A stretch of DNA of 64,000 nucleotides from an uncultured Micavibrio sp. (GCA_965216405.1 OZ244161.1:376917-440916); one strand, 5' to 3'; shown: positions 46,099 through 57,270, counted from the first letter of the stretch. The notes: generated by a model from the letters alone, not told the origin. Translations and numbers: made by a program.

Positions 46099-46961
46099 AG
46101 CAAATCCGCTACTTTATCGAAGCCGTGTTACTGGCTTTCATTTTTATCCTTTCAAAATGCCTGCCTGTTCACTGGGCTTCTGATTTCGGTGGATGGATTG
46201 GACGCAGTCTCGGGCCAAAATTGGCGGCATCCCGTAAAGCGATGAAAAATCTGAGGACGATTTTTCCAGGTCTGCCTGAGGATGAAGCCAAGAATATCAT
46301 TGTCGGCATGTGGGACAATTTGGGACGGGTCATGATGGAATATCCGCATTTACAACACATTGGGCGCGACAGAACAGAAATTATCGGCGCGGAACTTCTG
46401 GACAATTATAAAGGACAGCCCATTATTTTCATTTCCGCACATTTAGGAAATTGGGAATGCTGCCCGCCGGCTATGTTTTTACAGCTTAATTGCCATAGCA
46501 ATCCCGTTTACCGGGCCCCGAACAACCCTTTTTCAGACTGGCTTTTAAAGAAAGTCCGTATTATGGGAGGAAAACTGTCCGTTCTGCCGAAATCAAAAGC
46601 AGGCACCCGCCATATGGTTCAGGTTTTGAAAAATAATGAATGCATTGCAATGTTGATCGACCAAAAATACAACGAAGGCATTGTGACTGATTTTATGGGG
46701 AAACCAGCCATGACCTCCACCGTTTATGCCCAACTTGCCCAGAAGTTTGATTGCCCTCTTATTCCCTTACAGATCGAACGGTTGGGTAAAGCGCCCAACT
46801 TCCGTATCACCATAAATCCGCCTTTGCGCACAAAAGACCGGACTGCAGAAGAAATTGTTGCTGAAAGCCATGACCTTTTGGAAAAATGGATAAAAATGCA
46901 TCCCGCACAATGGCTATGGCTGCACCGTCGATGGGATTCAAATCATTTAAAAGGAAAATAA
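46095..46961 (+). CDS. lipid A biosynthesis late acyltransferase (LpxL/HtrB family)
   Basis: HLGNWE (the HX4E catalytic motif of the family), 288 aa, and the position after waaA-lpxK. Confidence 0.8.
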   Translation: MKQIRYFIEAVLLAFIFILSKCLPVHWASDFGGWIGRSLGPKLAASRKAMKNLRTIFPGLPEDEAKNIIVGMWDNLGRVMMEYPHLQHIGRDRTEIIGAELLDNYKGQPIIFISAHLGNWECCPPAMFLQLNCHSNPVYRAPNNPFSDWLLKKVRIMGGKLSVLPKSKAGTRHMVQVLKNNECIAMLIDQKYNEGIVTDFMGKPAMTSTVYAQLAQKFDCPLIPLQIERLGKAPNFRITINPPLRTKDRTAEEIVAESHDLLEKWIKMHPAQWLWLHRRWDSNHLKGK

Positions 46962-46962
46962 A

Positions 46963-48330
46963 ATGCCAAACCATAACTATGACTATGATTACTTCGTCAT
47001 TGGCGGCGGCTCCGGCGGTGTTCGCTCTGCCAGAATAGCCGCAGGGCACGGCGCCAAAGTCGGTCTGGCCGAAGAACGCTATCTCGGCGGCACCTGTGTC
47101 AATGTCGGATGCGTTCCCAAAAAGCTATTTGCCTACGCGGCCGATTATCGTGCCATGTTTGAAGATGCAAAAGGCTATGGGTGGGACAGTCATGTGCCCG
47201 CCTTTGACTGGCACAATCTGATCGCGCACAAAAACAATGAAATCAACCGGTTAAACGGCATTTATCGTTCTTTACTTGAAAAAGCAGGAGTGAGAATTCA
47301 TGAAGGTAAAGCCAGCTTTAAAGATAAGCACACCCTTCTGATAAATGATGAAGAAATTACAGCCGATAAAATCCTGATTGCCACTGGCGGAAAACCTCGT
47401 CATCCGACCTATGAAGGGGCGGAGCATGCCATTGTCTCTGATGATGCCTTTTATCTGGATGCCCTCCCTGACAGCGTCGCCATTGAAGGCGCAGGATACA
47501 TTGCCGTCGAATTCGCGCATATTTTCCATGGCTTGGGGGTTAAAACAACCATAATTTACCGTGGAGATGCTATTTTAAATGGATTTGACCACGATATACG
47601 GAATTTTCTCGCCTCTGAGATGCACAAACAAGGCATAAACGTCATTTTAGAAGCAAATATTACGAGAATTGAAGATAAAAACGGTAAAAAGGCTGTTTTT
47701 ACTGACACAAATGAGGAGATTTCCTGCGATTTAGTATTAAGTGCTATCGGCCGTATCCCCAATACGGATAGCCTGAATTTGGCAAATGTAGGCATTGATC
47801 ATAAAGAAAACGGACAAGTGATCGTCCACGACCATTACCAAACCAATCTGGAACATATTTTTGCCGTGGGCGATGTCACAGACCGCGTGAATTTGACTCC
47901 TGTTGCGATTGCAGAAGGACACTGGCTGGCAGATTACCTCTTTAAACCCGAAGAATGTAAGAACGAGGTTAATTACCACGCCATACCTACGGCTGTTTTC
48001 TCCTCTCCCCCCGTCTCCACCGTTGGCCTGACCGAAGAAGAAGCCCGCAAAGAAGGCTGCCCGGTAGATGTCTATGTCTCGGATTTCAAACCCTTGCGTC
48101 ACACCATGACAGACCGTGATGAACGCACCCTGATGAAACTGATTGTGAATAAAGACACAGATCAGGTCTTGGGAGCCCATATGTGCGGCGCGGATGCGCC
48201 GGAAATCATGCAAGGAATTGGGCTTGCCTTCCAATGCGGCGCCACAAAAGCAGACTTTGACCGCACCGTTGGCATTCATCCCACGGCCGCCGAAGAATTT
48301 GTGACCATGCGCACACCGCGGCAAGCTTAA
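46963..48330 (+). CDS. gor: glutathione-disulfide reductase
   Basis: YDYFVIGGGSGGVRSAR...GGTCVNVGCVPKK redox-active disulfide motif, with a C-terminal HPT..EE dimerisation motif. Confidence 0.9.
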   Translation: MPNHNYDYDYFVIGGGSGGVRSARIAAGHGAKVGLAEERYLGGTCVNVGCVPKKLFAYAADYRAMFEDAKGYGWDSHVPAFDWHNLIAHKNNEINRLNGIYRSLLEKAGVRIHEGKASFKDKHTLLINDEEITADKILIATGGKPRHPTYEGAEHAIVSDDAFYLDALPDSVAIEGAGYIAVEFAHIFHGLGVKTTIIYRGDAILNGFDHDIRNFLASEMHKQGINVILEANITRIEDKNGKKAVFTDTNEEISCDLVLSAIGRIPNTDSLNLANVGIDHKENGQVIVHDHYQTNLEHIFAVGDVTDRVNLTPVAIAEGHWLADYLFKPEECKNEVNYHAIPTAVFSSPPVSTVGLTEEEARKEGCPVDVYVSDFKPLRHTMTDRDERTLMKLIVNKDTDQVLGAHMCGADAPEIMQGIGLAFQCGATKADFDRTVGIHPTAAEEFVTMRTPRQA

Positions 48331-48369
48331 TTGCTTGCCAGTTTCGGCGAAATCCCTTACATAAAACCT

Positions 48370-49752
48370 ATGACAAAACCAGACCTAAAAGCCGTAAAAA
48401 CTCCCCCTGCTCCTTGGACTCCCGATAGCTGGCGTAACAAACCCGCCCAGCAATTGCCGAAATATCCGGATCAAGCAAAACTGGAATGGGCGGAAGAGGT
48501 TATTGGTAACATGCCCCCTTTGGTGTTTGCCGGAGAGGCCCGCCGTTTAAAAGCGCAACTGGCCGATGTTTGTGCAGGCAATGCTTTTGTCCTGCAAGGC
48601 GGCGATTGCGCCGAAAGCTTTGCCGAATTTAACGCCAATAAAATCCGTGATACCTTCCGCGTGCTTTTGCAAATGGCGGTCATTATGACCTTTGGCGGCT
48701 CTATGCCGATTATAAAGATGGGCCGTATGGCCGGACAATTTGCCAAACCGCGTTCCTCTGATGATGAAACAATTGACGGTGTCACCCTGCCTAGCTACCG
48801 CGGGGATATCATTAACAAGCTTGATTTTACGGAAGAAGCACGGGTGCCGGACCCGGAGCGCATGATCCGTGCTTATAACCAGTCCGCATCGACGTTAAAC
48901 CTTTTACGGGCTTTTGCCCAAGGGGGATATGCCGACCTGAACGAGGTACACCGCTGGAATCTGGACTTTGTGAATGACAGCCCATTGGGAGAACGCTACG
49001 AGAAACTGGCGGCAGATATTGATCGCGCCCTGACCTTCATGAAATCATGCGGCATTACGGGCGATAAAGTCCCCAGTATGCGCGAAACGGATTTCTACAC
49101 TTGTCATGAAGCCCTTCTACTTCCTTATGAAGAATCTATGACGCGCATAGACAGCACCACGGGCGATTACTACGACACATCGGCACATTTCCTATGGATT
49201 GGTGCCCGTACCCAGCAAACAGACGGCGCCCAAATCGAATTTGCCCGCGGCCTTAACAATCCGATCGGCATGAAGGTGCCACCTGAACTGGATGCGGATA
49301 CTTTAATAAGACTGATAGACACCCTCAACCCGAACAATGAAGCTGGCCGTCTGTCCCTGATTGCCCGCATGGGCGCCAAACAGGTGGAAGAAAAACTCAC
49401 TCCGCTTGTACGTAAGGTCAAAGAAGAAGGACGGAACGTGGCCTGGATTTGTGATCCGATGCACGGCAACATTGAAAAATCATCCACCGGCTACAAAACC
49501 CGCCGCTTTGATAATATTCTATCCGAAGTGAAAGGCTTTTTCGCCGTTCATAACGCCGAAGGCACGCATCCGGGCGGCGTGCATTTTGAAATGACAGGCC
49601 AGAACGTGACCGAATGTGTAGGCGGGGCTTATGATGTGACAGAAGAAGATTTATCAAGCCGTTATCACACTGCCTGTGATCCGCGTTTGAATGCCAATCA
49701 GGCCCTCGAACTGGCCTTCCTTGTGGCAGATGAATTAAAGGCATTAAAATAG
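48370..49752 (+). CDS. class II 3-deoxy-7-phosphoheptulonate (DAHP) synthase
   Basis: WTPDSWR.KPA.Q.P.YPD ... [12 protein letters not shown] ... [13 protein letters not shown] ... DPMHGN are class II (plant-like) DAHP synthase motifs. I prefer the ATG at 48370 to the TTG at 48331. Confidence 0.9.
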   Translation: MTKPDLKAVKTPPAPWTPDSWRNKPAQQLPKYPDQAKLEWAEEVIGNMPPLVFAGEARRLKAQLADVCAGNAFVLQGGDCAESFAEFNANKIRDTFRVLLQMAVIMTFGGSMPIIKMGRMAGQFAKPRSSDDETIDGVTLPSYRGDIINKLDFTEEARVPDPERMIRAYNQSASTLNLLRAFAQGGYADLNEVHRWNLDFVNDSPLGERYEKLAADIDRALTFMKSCGITGDKVPSMRETDFYTCHEALLLPYEESMTRIDSTTGDYYDTSAHFLWIGARTQQTDGAQIEFARGLNNPIGMKVPPELDADTLIRLIDTLNPNNEAGRLSLIARMGAKQVEEKLTPLVRKVKEEGRNVAWICDPMHGNIEKSSTGYKTRRFDNILSEVKGFFAVHNAEGTHPGGVHFEMTGQNVTECVGGAYDVTEEDLSSRYHTACDPRLNANQALELAFLVADELKALK

Positions 49753-49760
49753 GCGCCGGT

Positions 49761-51350
49761 ATGACGCTCCCCCTTGATATTGTACTGGCCCAGATCAACC
49801 CGACTGTGGGCGACCTTGATGGTAATATTGCCAAAATCCGCGAAGTTTGCGCGCAATATAAAGACGCCGACCTGATCGTTTTCCCCGAAATGATTATCAC
49901 GGGCTATCCAACCGATGATTTGGTACTTAATCCCCATTTTATGGATTGTGTAGAGGAAAAGGTCCAGGAACTTGCCCTTGAAAGCCAAGAGACCGCTCTG
50001 TTGCTTCCCACGCCATGGCGCAAGGAAGGCAACCTATATAATGCCGCCTTACTCATTCATAATGGCCAGATACAGCATAGCGTTTTTAAACATCACTTAC
50101 CTAATTATGGCGTCTTTGATGAAAAACGAATTTTTGCCAAAGGTGACGTGGCACAGCCTGTCGCCCTCAAAGGCACCAAGCTTGGCATCATGGTTTGTGA
50201 AGATATGTGGTTTCCTAACGTCGCTGCGCAGTTGAAAGACCACGGCGCGGATATCCTCATCGTGCCTAACGGGAGCCCGTTTCAAAATGATATTCACATT
50301 ATGCGTCAGGAACAGGCCGCCGCCCGCGTGAAAGAAACCTCCCTGCCGCTCCTCTACGTTAATCAAGTTGGCGGACAGGATGAGCTTGTCTTCGATGGCG
50401 GCTCTTTTGCCATGGACGGTAAAGGGAATATGACACACCGTTTTCCTTTGTTTGAAGAACACACCGCCGCGCTTTCACAGGCCATAAATCATGAGCGCCC
50501 CAAAGAAACGGAAGTCATTTACAGGGCCGTCACCTTAGGTTTACGGGATTATGTTCAGAAAAATAATTTCCCCGGCGTGCTGATCGGCTTATCGGGCGGA
50601 ATCGACAGTGCCCTGTCCGCCGCTATCGCCGTGGATGCCATCGGCGCCGAGAATGTCCATTGTGTGATGATGCCCTCGCCCTACACATCGCAGGACAGCC
50701 TCGATGATGCGCAAGAGTGCGCAAAATTACTGGGCGTGAAACTGGAGACGGTTTCTATTGAACCTGCCATGACCGCCTTCGGCGATATGTTGACAGAAAA
50801 CATTGATGAAACAAATGCCGGCACCACCTTTGAAAACATTCAATCGCGCGCCCGTGGACTTCTGCTGATGGCATTATCAAACGCCTCTGGCAAAATGGTT
50901 TTATCAACGGGCAATAAATCCGAAATGGCGGTGGGATATGCCACCCTTTACGGCGATATGTGCGGCGGATTTAATGCCCTAAAAGATCTCTACAAGGGGC
51001 AGGTTTATGCCTTATCGGAATGGCGCAACACACAAAGCCCGGCAATTCCAGAACGCATCCTTACCAAAGCACCCAGCGCCGAATTAAAACCTAACCAGAC
51101 GGATCAGGATACACTGCCCGCTTATGAAGTGCTGGACGATATTCTGCAAAGCCTAATTGAAAAGAATATGGCGCCTTCCGATATCCCCTATGACCGTGCC
51201 ATTGTCGACCGTGTCTGGAAAATGCTGGACATGGCCGAATATAAACGCCGCCAAGCCCCGCCGGGAGTAAAGATCACCGCCAAGGCGTTTGGCCGCAACC
51301 GCCGTTATCCTATTACCAATGGTTTTTTCAAATCGACGCGAAATGCTTGA
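49761..51350 (+). CDS. nadE: glutamine-dependent NAD+ synthetase
   Basis: N-terminal CN-hydrolase domain (FPEM.ITGY, VCEDMW) plus a C-terminal NAD synthase domain (GLSGGIDSA P-loop). Confidence 0.93.
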   Translation: MTLPLDIVLAQINPTVGDLDGNIAKIREVCAQYKDADLIVFPEMIITGYPTDDLVLNPHFMDCVEEKVQELALESQETALLLPTPWRKEGNLYNAALLIHNGQIQHSVFKHHLPNYGVFDEKRIFAKGDVAQPVALKGTKLGIMVCEDMWFPNVAAQLKDHGADILIVPNGSPFQNDIHIMRQEQAAARVKETSLPLLYVNQVGGQDELVFDGGSFAMDGKGNMTHRFPLFEEHTAALSQAINHERPKETEVIYRAVTLGLRDYVQKNNFPGVLIGLSGGIDSALSAAIAVDAIGAENVHCVMMPSPYTSQDSLDDAQECAKLLGVKLETVSIEPAMTAFGDMLTENIDETNAGTTFENIQSRARGLLLMALSNASGKMVLSTGNKSEMAVGYATLYGDMCGGFNALKDLYKGQVYALSEWRNTQSPAIPERILTKAPSAELKPNQTDQDTLPAYEVLDDILQSLIEKNMAPSDIPYDRAIVDRVWKMLDMAEYKRRQAPPGVKITAKAFGRNRRYPITNGFFKSTRNA

Positions 51351-51411
51351 GCATTGATATATCATCAAAAAACCGTTAATGAAGAACCAGATTTAAGAAA
51401 GAACAAAAACC

Positions 51412-52752
51412 ATGGCTGTTAAAATTCGTTTTGCCCCGTCACCAACCGGTTTCCTGCATGTAGGAAATGCTCGTACCGCTGTCATATGCTGGCTTTTTGC
51501 CCGCAAAGAAAACGGTCACTTCCTGCTACGCATCGACGATACGGATCAGGAGCGTTCAAAAGACGAATACGAACAAGCCATCATGGATGGCCTGCAATGG
51601 CTTGGCCTTGACTGGGATGATAAAGTAAACCAGAAAGACCGCACAGACCGTTATGATGCGGTCATTGAAAAATTAAAAGCTGATGGCCGTTTATATCCCT
51701 GTTACGAAACGCCGGATGAATTGGGCCTGAAGCGCAAGACACAGCTTTCCCGCGGTGTGCCTCCAACATATGACCGGGCAGGTTTAAGCCTGAGTGACGA
51801 TCAGATTGCCAAATACGAAGCCGAAGGGCGTAAGCCCCACTGGCGGTTCAAATTGAACCATGACCCCATTCAGTGGAATGACCTGATCCGCGGCCCTGTA
51901 GAATTTAATGGTGCAGATTTATCCGACCCGGTCGTTTTACGTGAAGATGGCCGCCCGCTTTACCATCTCTGTTCGGTTATTGATGATGTGGATTTTGCCA
52001 TTACCCATGTGGTGCGCGGTGAAGACCATGTTTCCAATACCGCCACCCATGTGCAAATGTTTGAAGCCATCAGCGATAAAGCCCCTGAATTCGCCCATCT
52101 CTCCCTTATTGCCGATGCGGAAGGCGGAAAACTTTCCAAGCGCCTAGGCTCCTTAAGCGTGAAAGCCGTCAAGGAAGAAGAAGGGTTGGAACCGATGTCC
52201 GTTGTCTCTTTGATGGCGCGTTTAGGCACGTCAGATCCGATCGAAGCTTTCACTGAAATTCAGCCTTTAATCGATTCCTTTGATTTTTCCAAATTCTCGC
52301 GTAATCCGCCGAAATTCGATACGGAAGAACTATACCGTTTAAATGCAAAAATATTACACCAAACCAACTACACGGAAGTCAAAGACCGCTTGGACGCGAT
52401 GGGATTGGCAGACCTCGATGAAAATTTCTGGACAGCTGTACGCCCGAACCTTGAAAAACTCGAAAATATCAAGGAATGGTGGGAAGTTGTAAATGGCCCT
52501 GTGACGCCAGTCATCGCCAATGACAATAAGGATTTCACGGCGCAGGCCGCCGATCTTCTTCCGCCCGCGCCATGGGATGAAAACACCTGGAATGATTGGA
52601 TCAACAAGATTAAAGAGAACACAGACCGTAAAGGCAAAAACCTGTTTATGCCCTTGCGTCAGGCTTTAACAGGCATGGACCATGGCCCTGAATTACCTAC
52701 CCTTTTACCATTATTAGGGCCTGAAAAAGTAAAAAGCCGCCTCGTTGGATAA
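51412..52752 (+). CDS. gltX: glutamate--tRNA ligase
   Basis: RFAPSPTGFLHVGNARTA (HIGH region) and KLSKR (KMSKS region). Confidence 0.95.
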   Translation: MAVKIRFAPSPTGFLHVGNARTAVICWLFARKENGHFLLRIDDTDQERSKDEYEQAIMDGLQWLGLDWDDKVNQKDRTDRYDAVIEKLKADGRLYPCYETPDELGLKRKTQLSRGVPPTYDRAGLSLSDDQIAKYEAEGRKPHWRFKLNHDPIQWNDLIRGPVEFNGADLSDPVVLREDGRPLYHLCSVIDDVDFAITHVVRGEDHVSNTATHVQMFEAISDKAPEFAHLSLIADAEGGKLSKRLGSLSVKAVKEEEGLEPMSVVSLMARLGTSDPIEAFTEIQPLIDSFDFSKFSRNPPKFDTEELYRLNAKILHQTNYTEVKDRLDAMGLADLDENFWTAVRPNLEKLENIKEWWEVVNGPVTPVIANDNKDFTAQAADLLPPAPWDENTWNDWINKIKENTDRKGKNLFMPLRQALTGMDHGPELPTLLPLLGPEKVKSRLVG

Positions 52753-52757
52753 ACTTC

Positions 52758-53294
52758 ATGACCCGTAAAGTCAGCCTTATTGTTTTTGTTTCCCTGCTTC
52801 TTGCAGGCTGTGCGTCACAGGCGCCTGCCCCTGTGGTCAAACCGCCGCTTAAACCGCCTGCCGCAAAACCGATGAGCCTCTCCCAAAAAAGCTTCCATAA
52901 GCTTGACCAGCAAATCCAGTGCGTGCCTTACGCCCGTGAAGTTTCCGGCATCCCGATCCGTGGGGACGCACACACGTGGTGGAATCAGGCCCAAGCAATG
53001 GGCTATAAACGCGGCAGCGAACCGAAACCCGGCGCCGTTTTTGTTTTATCTAAAACACCGCGGTTGCGTTACGGCCACCTATCTGTTGTCAAACGCATAG
53101 TCGACAAGCGTCATATCGAAGTTGAACACACCAACTGGGGCGGAAATCTTGCAACCAGATGTATTGTCTACAAAGAAATGCCTGTCGTCGATATTTCCAA
53201 GAACAATGATTGGACGTCCGTGCGTTTCTGGGATTACCCTTCTGAAAGTTATGGCAGTGTCTATAAAGGTTCGGGTTTTATTTATCAAAAATAA
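52758..53294 (+). CDS. CHAP-domain lipoprotein (putative peptidoglycan amidase/peptidase)
   Basis: Lipobox LLLAGCAS. QCVPYAREVSGI ... GAVFVL ... YGHLSVV fits the CHAP Cys...His arrangement. Confidence 0.75.
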   Translation: MTRKVSLIVFVSLLLAGCASQAPAPVVKPPLKPPAAKPMSLSQKSFHKLDQQIQCVPYAREVSGIPIRGDAHTWWNQAQAMGYKRGSEPKPGAVFVLSKTPRLRYGHLSVVKRIVDKRHIEVEHTNWGGNLATRCIVYKEMPVVDISKNNDWTSVRFWDYPSESYGSVYKGSGFIYQK

Positions 53295-53299
53295 GAACC

Positions 53300-53923
53300 A
53301 TGCAAACACCTCACACCCTTTACAGTTACCGCCGTTGCCCTTATGCCATGCGTGCCAGAATGGCATTGATCACCGCGCAAGTACAATGCGATGTGTATGA
53401 TATAAATTTTCGCGATAAGCCAGATGCCATGCTTGCCGCCTCCCCAAAGGGAACGGTGCCCGTTCTTATCACGAATGATAATCAGGTCATTGATGAAAGT
53501 CTGGATATTATGCGTTGGGCTTTAAAGATAAATGATCCTCAAGACTGGATAGCACAACAACCCGCAGAGCAGCTTGCCCTTATTGCACAAAATGACGGGG
53601 AGTTTAAAAAATCCCTCGACCGCTACAAATATCCCAACCGGTTTGAAAATGAAGACTGCTCCGCCGCAAAGGAAAATGGCCTCGCTTTTCTGCAAAAATT
53701 AAATGACCGCCTTTCCGGCTCCAAAAACCTTATGGAAGACAGGAGCCAAATAGCCGATATCGCCATTTTTCCCTTTATCCGTCAATTTGCGAATGTTGAC
53801 CGTGCATGGTTTGACGCGCTGCCTTTGCCGCATTTACAGACGTGGCTAATGCATCATTTATCAAGCCCCCTTTTTAAAACCATCTTTAAAAAGCATGAAG
53901 AGCAGCCTTACGCCCTGCTGTAA
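53300..53923 (+). CDS. glutathione S-transferase family protein
   Basis: N-terminal thioredoxin-like LYSYRRCPYAMRARMAL...KGTVPVL...ESLDIMRW plus a helical C-terminal domain. Confidence 0.75.
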   Translation: MQTPHTLYSYRRCPYAMRARMALITAQVQCDVYDINFRDKPDAMLAASPKGTVPVLITNDNQVIDESLDIMRWALKINDPQDWIAQQPAEQLALIAQNDGEFKKSLDRYKYPNRFENEDCSAAKENGLAFLQKLNDRLSGSKNLMEDRSQIADIAIFPFIRQFANVDRAWFDALPLPHLQTWLMHHLSSPLFKTIFKKHEEQPYALL

Positions 53924-53974
53924 CCCCTCCCCTTTGATGACCGAATAAGGGCACAGAAAGAGAGGTCATTTCCT

Positions 53975-54673
53975 ATGATTAAAATTCATGACAGAGACTT
54001 ACGCGGTGCAGGAAAAACAGGGTGGCTGAACAGTCACCACACTTTTTCTTTCGGCAGCTTTCACGATCCCGCCCGCATGGGCTTTAAATCATTACGGGTC
54101 ATTAACGATGATTATGTTATCGGCGGCGCAGGCTTTCCGATGCATGGTCACAAGGACATGGAGATTATCACCTATGTCCTTGATGGCGTCTTGGAACATA
54201 AAGACAGCATAGGCACGCAAGGCATTATCAAGCCGGGTGATATCCAGCGGATGAGTGCCGGCAGCGGGATCGAGCATTCAGAATTCAATCATTCCAAAGA
54301 CGATGAATTACATCTTCTTCAAATCTGGATTTTGCCTGAAACGAAGAATATCGAACCGGGCTATGAACAAAAACACGTTGCCGCAGATATTGAACACGGC
54401 ACCTTTAAGCTCGTGGGAGACAGGCATGGCACAGATGGCGCCATCATAATCCATCAGGATGTTAAAATGCTTGTTGCTCTACTTCATGAAGGACAGGAGA
54501 CTTCCTATGACTTTGATAAAGGGCGCGGTGGATTTTTGCAGATTGCCAGAGGAAAGATCACCCTGAATGGGGAGGTTTTGAAAGAAGGCGACGGGGCTGA
54601 AATTACCGACACGTCTTCTATTACGATAAAAGCGGAAGCCGATAGTGAACTGATTTTATTTGATATGGCTTAA
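53975..54673 (+). CDS. pirin family protein
   Basis: GWLNSHHTFSFGSFHDP...GFPMHGHKDMEIITYVLDGVLEHKDS.G ... AGSGIEHSE is the pirin cupin metal-site pattern. Confidence 0.9.
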   Translation: MIKIHDRDLRGAGKTGWLNSHHTFSFGSFHDPARMGFKSLRVINDDYVIGGAGFPMHGHKDMEIITYVLDGVLEHKDSIGTQGIIKPGDIQRMSAGSGIEHSEFNHSKDDELHLLQIWILPETKNIEPGYEQKHVAADIEHGTFKLVGDRHGTDGAIIIHQDVKMLVALLHEGQETSYDFDKGRGGFLQIARGKITLNGEVLKEGDGAEITDTSSITIKAEADSELILFDMA

Positions 54674-54680
54674 ACAACAA

Positions 54681-54714
54681 AGAGCAGCATAGGGTTATAT
54701 GCTGCTCTTTTATT
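54681..54714 (+). terminator. Rho-independent terminator after the pirin gene
   Basis: AGAGCAGCATA (54681-54691) pairs with TATGCTGCTCT (54698-54708) across a 6 nt loop, followed by TTTTATT. Confidence 0.85.
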
Positions 54715-54744
54715 ACAAAATCCGCTGAAAACTTTCTCTGTCGC

Positions 54745-55509
54745 TTACTCTTGCGCCTGTGGTCCAAAAATCTTCTTTAACAAATCTGTTGTCTGCCGCA
54801 CCGGATCTTGGCGGATGGCTTTCTCCTGTTCTGCCAGATAGAAGAATATACCATTAATCCCCTGATCCACCACATACTCTGTCAGGTCGGTTTTTACATC
54901 CGGCACCAACGGAATGTTTTTATATTTTGCCATCGCAGAGTCATAGGCACTGATCACCCCTGCCTCGGCAATCGCCTCATTCACAATCGGTGTCATTTTA
55001 TCTGCCAGAGGCACGGACATCTTCTTACGGAAATAACTTGTAGCAGAATCCGGCGGTCCTTTATAAAGGGCAATCACATCCTCAAAGGTCATTTCTTTAA
55101 TGGCATTCAGGAATAATTCCTTGGCTTGCGGTGTAGCAATCTCCGCGGCGCGGTTCAGACGCGTTTCCAGATCATCCAGTAAAAACGACATGCCTGCCGC
55201 CTCCATCACACCTTGTACTTTTGCCAACGAATTCGGCAACGGGATATGCACTTGCGGATCCAGATTAAAACCACCCTGCACGCCTAATTGTTCGACCACT
55301 TCGGAGGTTCCGATGCTTAAAGCCTGCTTGAAAGCCGCAATCATCTCTCCATGTGGTGTCTCCGCTGCCGCCGCGGCGTCTTTATTTACATTACTGAAAA
55401 TACTGTTCCCTAAAGCAGCGATATCATTACTCAATGTCTGTGTCGTGGTCTGGCACCCCGCCAGCCCCAGCACAGCACCAAAAACAGGGATGAGATACAG
55501 CTTTTTCAT
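54745..55509 (-). CDS. DUF4197-family lipoprotein
   Basis: MKKLYLIPVFGAVLGLAGCQ carries a lipobox. ALSIGTSEVVEQLG..GGF..DP.V.IPLP ... NRAAE.ATP.A ... resembles DUF4197 as I recall it. The track start at 55605 is an upstream extension. Confidence 0.7.
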   Translation of the reverse strand: MKKLYLIPVFGAVLGLAGCQTTTQTLSNDIAALGNSIFSNVNKDAAAAAETPHGEMIAAFKQALSIGTSEVVEQLGVQGGFNLDPQVHIPLPNSLAKVQGVMEAAGMSFLLDDLETRLNRAAEIATPQAKELFLNAIKEMTFEDVIALYKGPPDSATSYFRKKMSVPLADKMTPIVNEAIAEAGVISAYDSAMAKYKNIPLVPDVKTDLTEYVVDQGINGIFFYLAEQEKAIRQDPVRQTTDLLKKIFGPQAQE

Positions 55510-55588
55510 AGGATTTTCCTGTGTTTCTATGGGTTTTTCGCGAATTTCGGCCATCATACCCAAAACATGGCAAAATGCGCTTAAATTC

Positions 55589-55617
55589 TTGACAATTATC
55601 CCCAAACCCTTATAAAT
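55589..55617 (+). promoter_or_regulatory. candidate sigma70-type promoter for rpsD
   Basis: Consensus TTGACA (55589-55594), a 16 nt spacer, then TATAAAT (55611-55617). This leaves a leader of roughly 145 nt before the rpsD ATG, which contains the hairpin AGCAGC-gatttt-GCTGCT. Confidence 0.5.
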
Positions 55618-55771
55618 CCCTTCATTCCCAAGAAAGCAGCGATTTTGCTGCTGCTGCGAGAATTTCTCCAGTCCATGTTGGCAATTGGGACAATAAATAT
55701 GAAGCTCGTTCCGGCGGAAATCCGCTCTTTAATGAAGAACGACTTCAAACAAAATAGAAGGAACTATTACC

Positions 55772-56389
55772 ATGAGTGAAAAGAGACCTCAGTCCAAATA
55801 CAAAATTGACCGCCGCCTGGGTTGTAACCTTTGGGGCCGTCCGAAATCTCCATTTAACACACGCCAGACAGGCCCGGGTATGCACGGCGCGCGCCGCAGC
55901 AAGCCGACTGATTACGGTATTCAGCTTTTTGCCAAACAAAAACTAAAAGGCCACTACGGTAACATCGGGGAACGTAAATTCCGCCGTTATTATCAAGAAG
56001 CCAACCGCATGCGCGGCGATACTGGTCAAAACCTTATCGGCCTGCTGGAAAGCCGTCTTGATGCGGTTATTTACCGGGCAAAGTTTGTCCCGACAGTGTT
56101 TGCTGCCCGTCAGTTTGTAAACCACAAGCACGTGACAGTTAACGGCCAAAAAGTAAACATTCCGTCTTTCCAAGTGAAAGCAGGCGATGTGATCGAAGTA
56201 AAAGATTCTTCTTTGAAAATGCCAATGGTTATTCAGGCGATTGAATCACCTGAGCGCGATGTTCCTGAATATATCGAAGCCGATCACAAAAAAGGAAAGG
56301 CTACTTTCCTTCGCGTTCCTGAATTGGCAGACGTGCCTTTTGCTGTTGAAATGGAACCGCATCTCATCGTCGAATTCTATTCACGTTAA
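55772..56389 (+). CDS. rpsD: 30S ribosomal protein S4
   Basis: [13 protein letters not shown] ... YG.QL..KQK....YG ... LESRLD.V.YR..F..T...ARQ.V.H.H..VNG.KVNIPS is the S4 pattern. Confidence 0.95.
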   Translation: MSEKRPQSKYKIDRRLGCNLWGRPKSPFNTRQTGPGMHGARRSKPTDYGIQLFAKQKLKGHYGNIGERKFRRYYQEANRMRGDTGQNLIGLLESRLDAVIYRAKFVPTVFAARQFVNHKHVTVNGQKVNIPSFQVKAGDVIEVKDSSLKMPMVIQAIESPERDVPEYIEADHKKGKATFLRVPELADVPFAVEMEPHLIVEFYSR

Positions 56390-56411
56390 GATTAAGCTTC
56401 ATAAGAATTTT

Positions 56412-56458
56412 AAAACCGCCTTTTGTCCGCGCGACATTGAAAAGGCGGTTTTTATTTT
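56412..56458. terminator. bidirectional Rho-independent terminator between rpsD and the methyltransferase gene
   Basis: AAAACCGCCTTTT (56412-56424) pairs with AAAAGGCGGTTTT (56440-56452) across a 15 nt loop. U-runs are available in both orientations. Confidence 0.8.
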
Positions 56459-57198
56459 ATCTTCTTCCCAATCAGCGCAGAAATAATGCCATGAAAGGTA
56501 CGAACCTCTTGCTCTGTCATATCGACACGGGAAAAAATGTTGCGGATATTGCGCATCATGGTTGGGCGCATATCTTCATTGCGAAAGAAATTATGCGCCT
56601 GAAGCTCATCTTCCAACCGCTCCACCATCTCGTTTAATTCTTCATGACTTGCTGACCGCGACTCTCCTACTGGTAAGTCTGTTGCAGGCGGCAGTTTCTT
56701 GTTGTGCGTCAGATTAATCTCATACGCCATGAGTAGGACTGTTTGCGCCAAATTAAGGGAGGCAAATTCTTCATTTACCGGCACTGAAATAATATGATGC
56801 GCTTGCGCCACATCCTCATTACTCAGCCCCGCCCGCTCACCACCAAATAATATAGCGCTCCGCTTTCCTGTGCTAGCATCCTGAGTCATTGTTTGAGCCG
56901 CTTCGCGCGGTGTAAAAACTTTTTTACGCATATCCCGTGACCGCGCTGTCGTAGCATACACGACATGAAATTCTTTGAGCGCATCCGCCGTGTTATCAAA
57001 GACCTGAACCGGTGAAATCATGTCGAGCGCCCCGACGGCGTTAGCTTCCGCTATTTTACTGGGCCAGCCATCGCGCGGATTCACCAGCCGTAAATCGTGT
57101 AAATTAAAATTAGCCATACCACGGGCCGCCGCGCCGATATTCTCCCCCATTTGAGGGGATACAAGGATAATGGACGGAGATATTGTTTTAGACATCAT
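56452..57198 (-). CDS. SpoU/TrmH-class RNA 2'-O-methyltransferase (TrmJ-like)
   Basis: IILVSPQMGENIGAAARGMANFNLHDLRLVNPR ... FGGERAGLSNEDV ... NLAQTV match the TrmJ/SPOUT motifs. Confidence 0.8.
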   Translation of the reverse strand: MMSKTISPSIILVSPQMGENIGAAARGMANFNLHDLRLVNPRDGWPSKIAEANAVGALDMISPVQVFDNTADALKEFHVVYATTARSRDMRKKVFTPREAAQTMTQDASTGKRSAILFGGERAGLSNEDVAQAHHIISVPVNEEFASLNLAQTVLLMAYEINLTHNKKLPPATDLPVGESRSASHEELNEMVERLEDELQAHNFFRNEDMRPTMMRNIRNIFSRVDMTEQEVRTFHGIISALIGKKIK

Positions 57199-57270
57199 AT
57201 AAAAGCTTATAGCTTATAAAAGCATGAGACGCTGTATTTTTTAGCCACACTTCGTCTCTCTGACAGTATT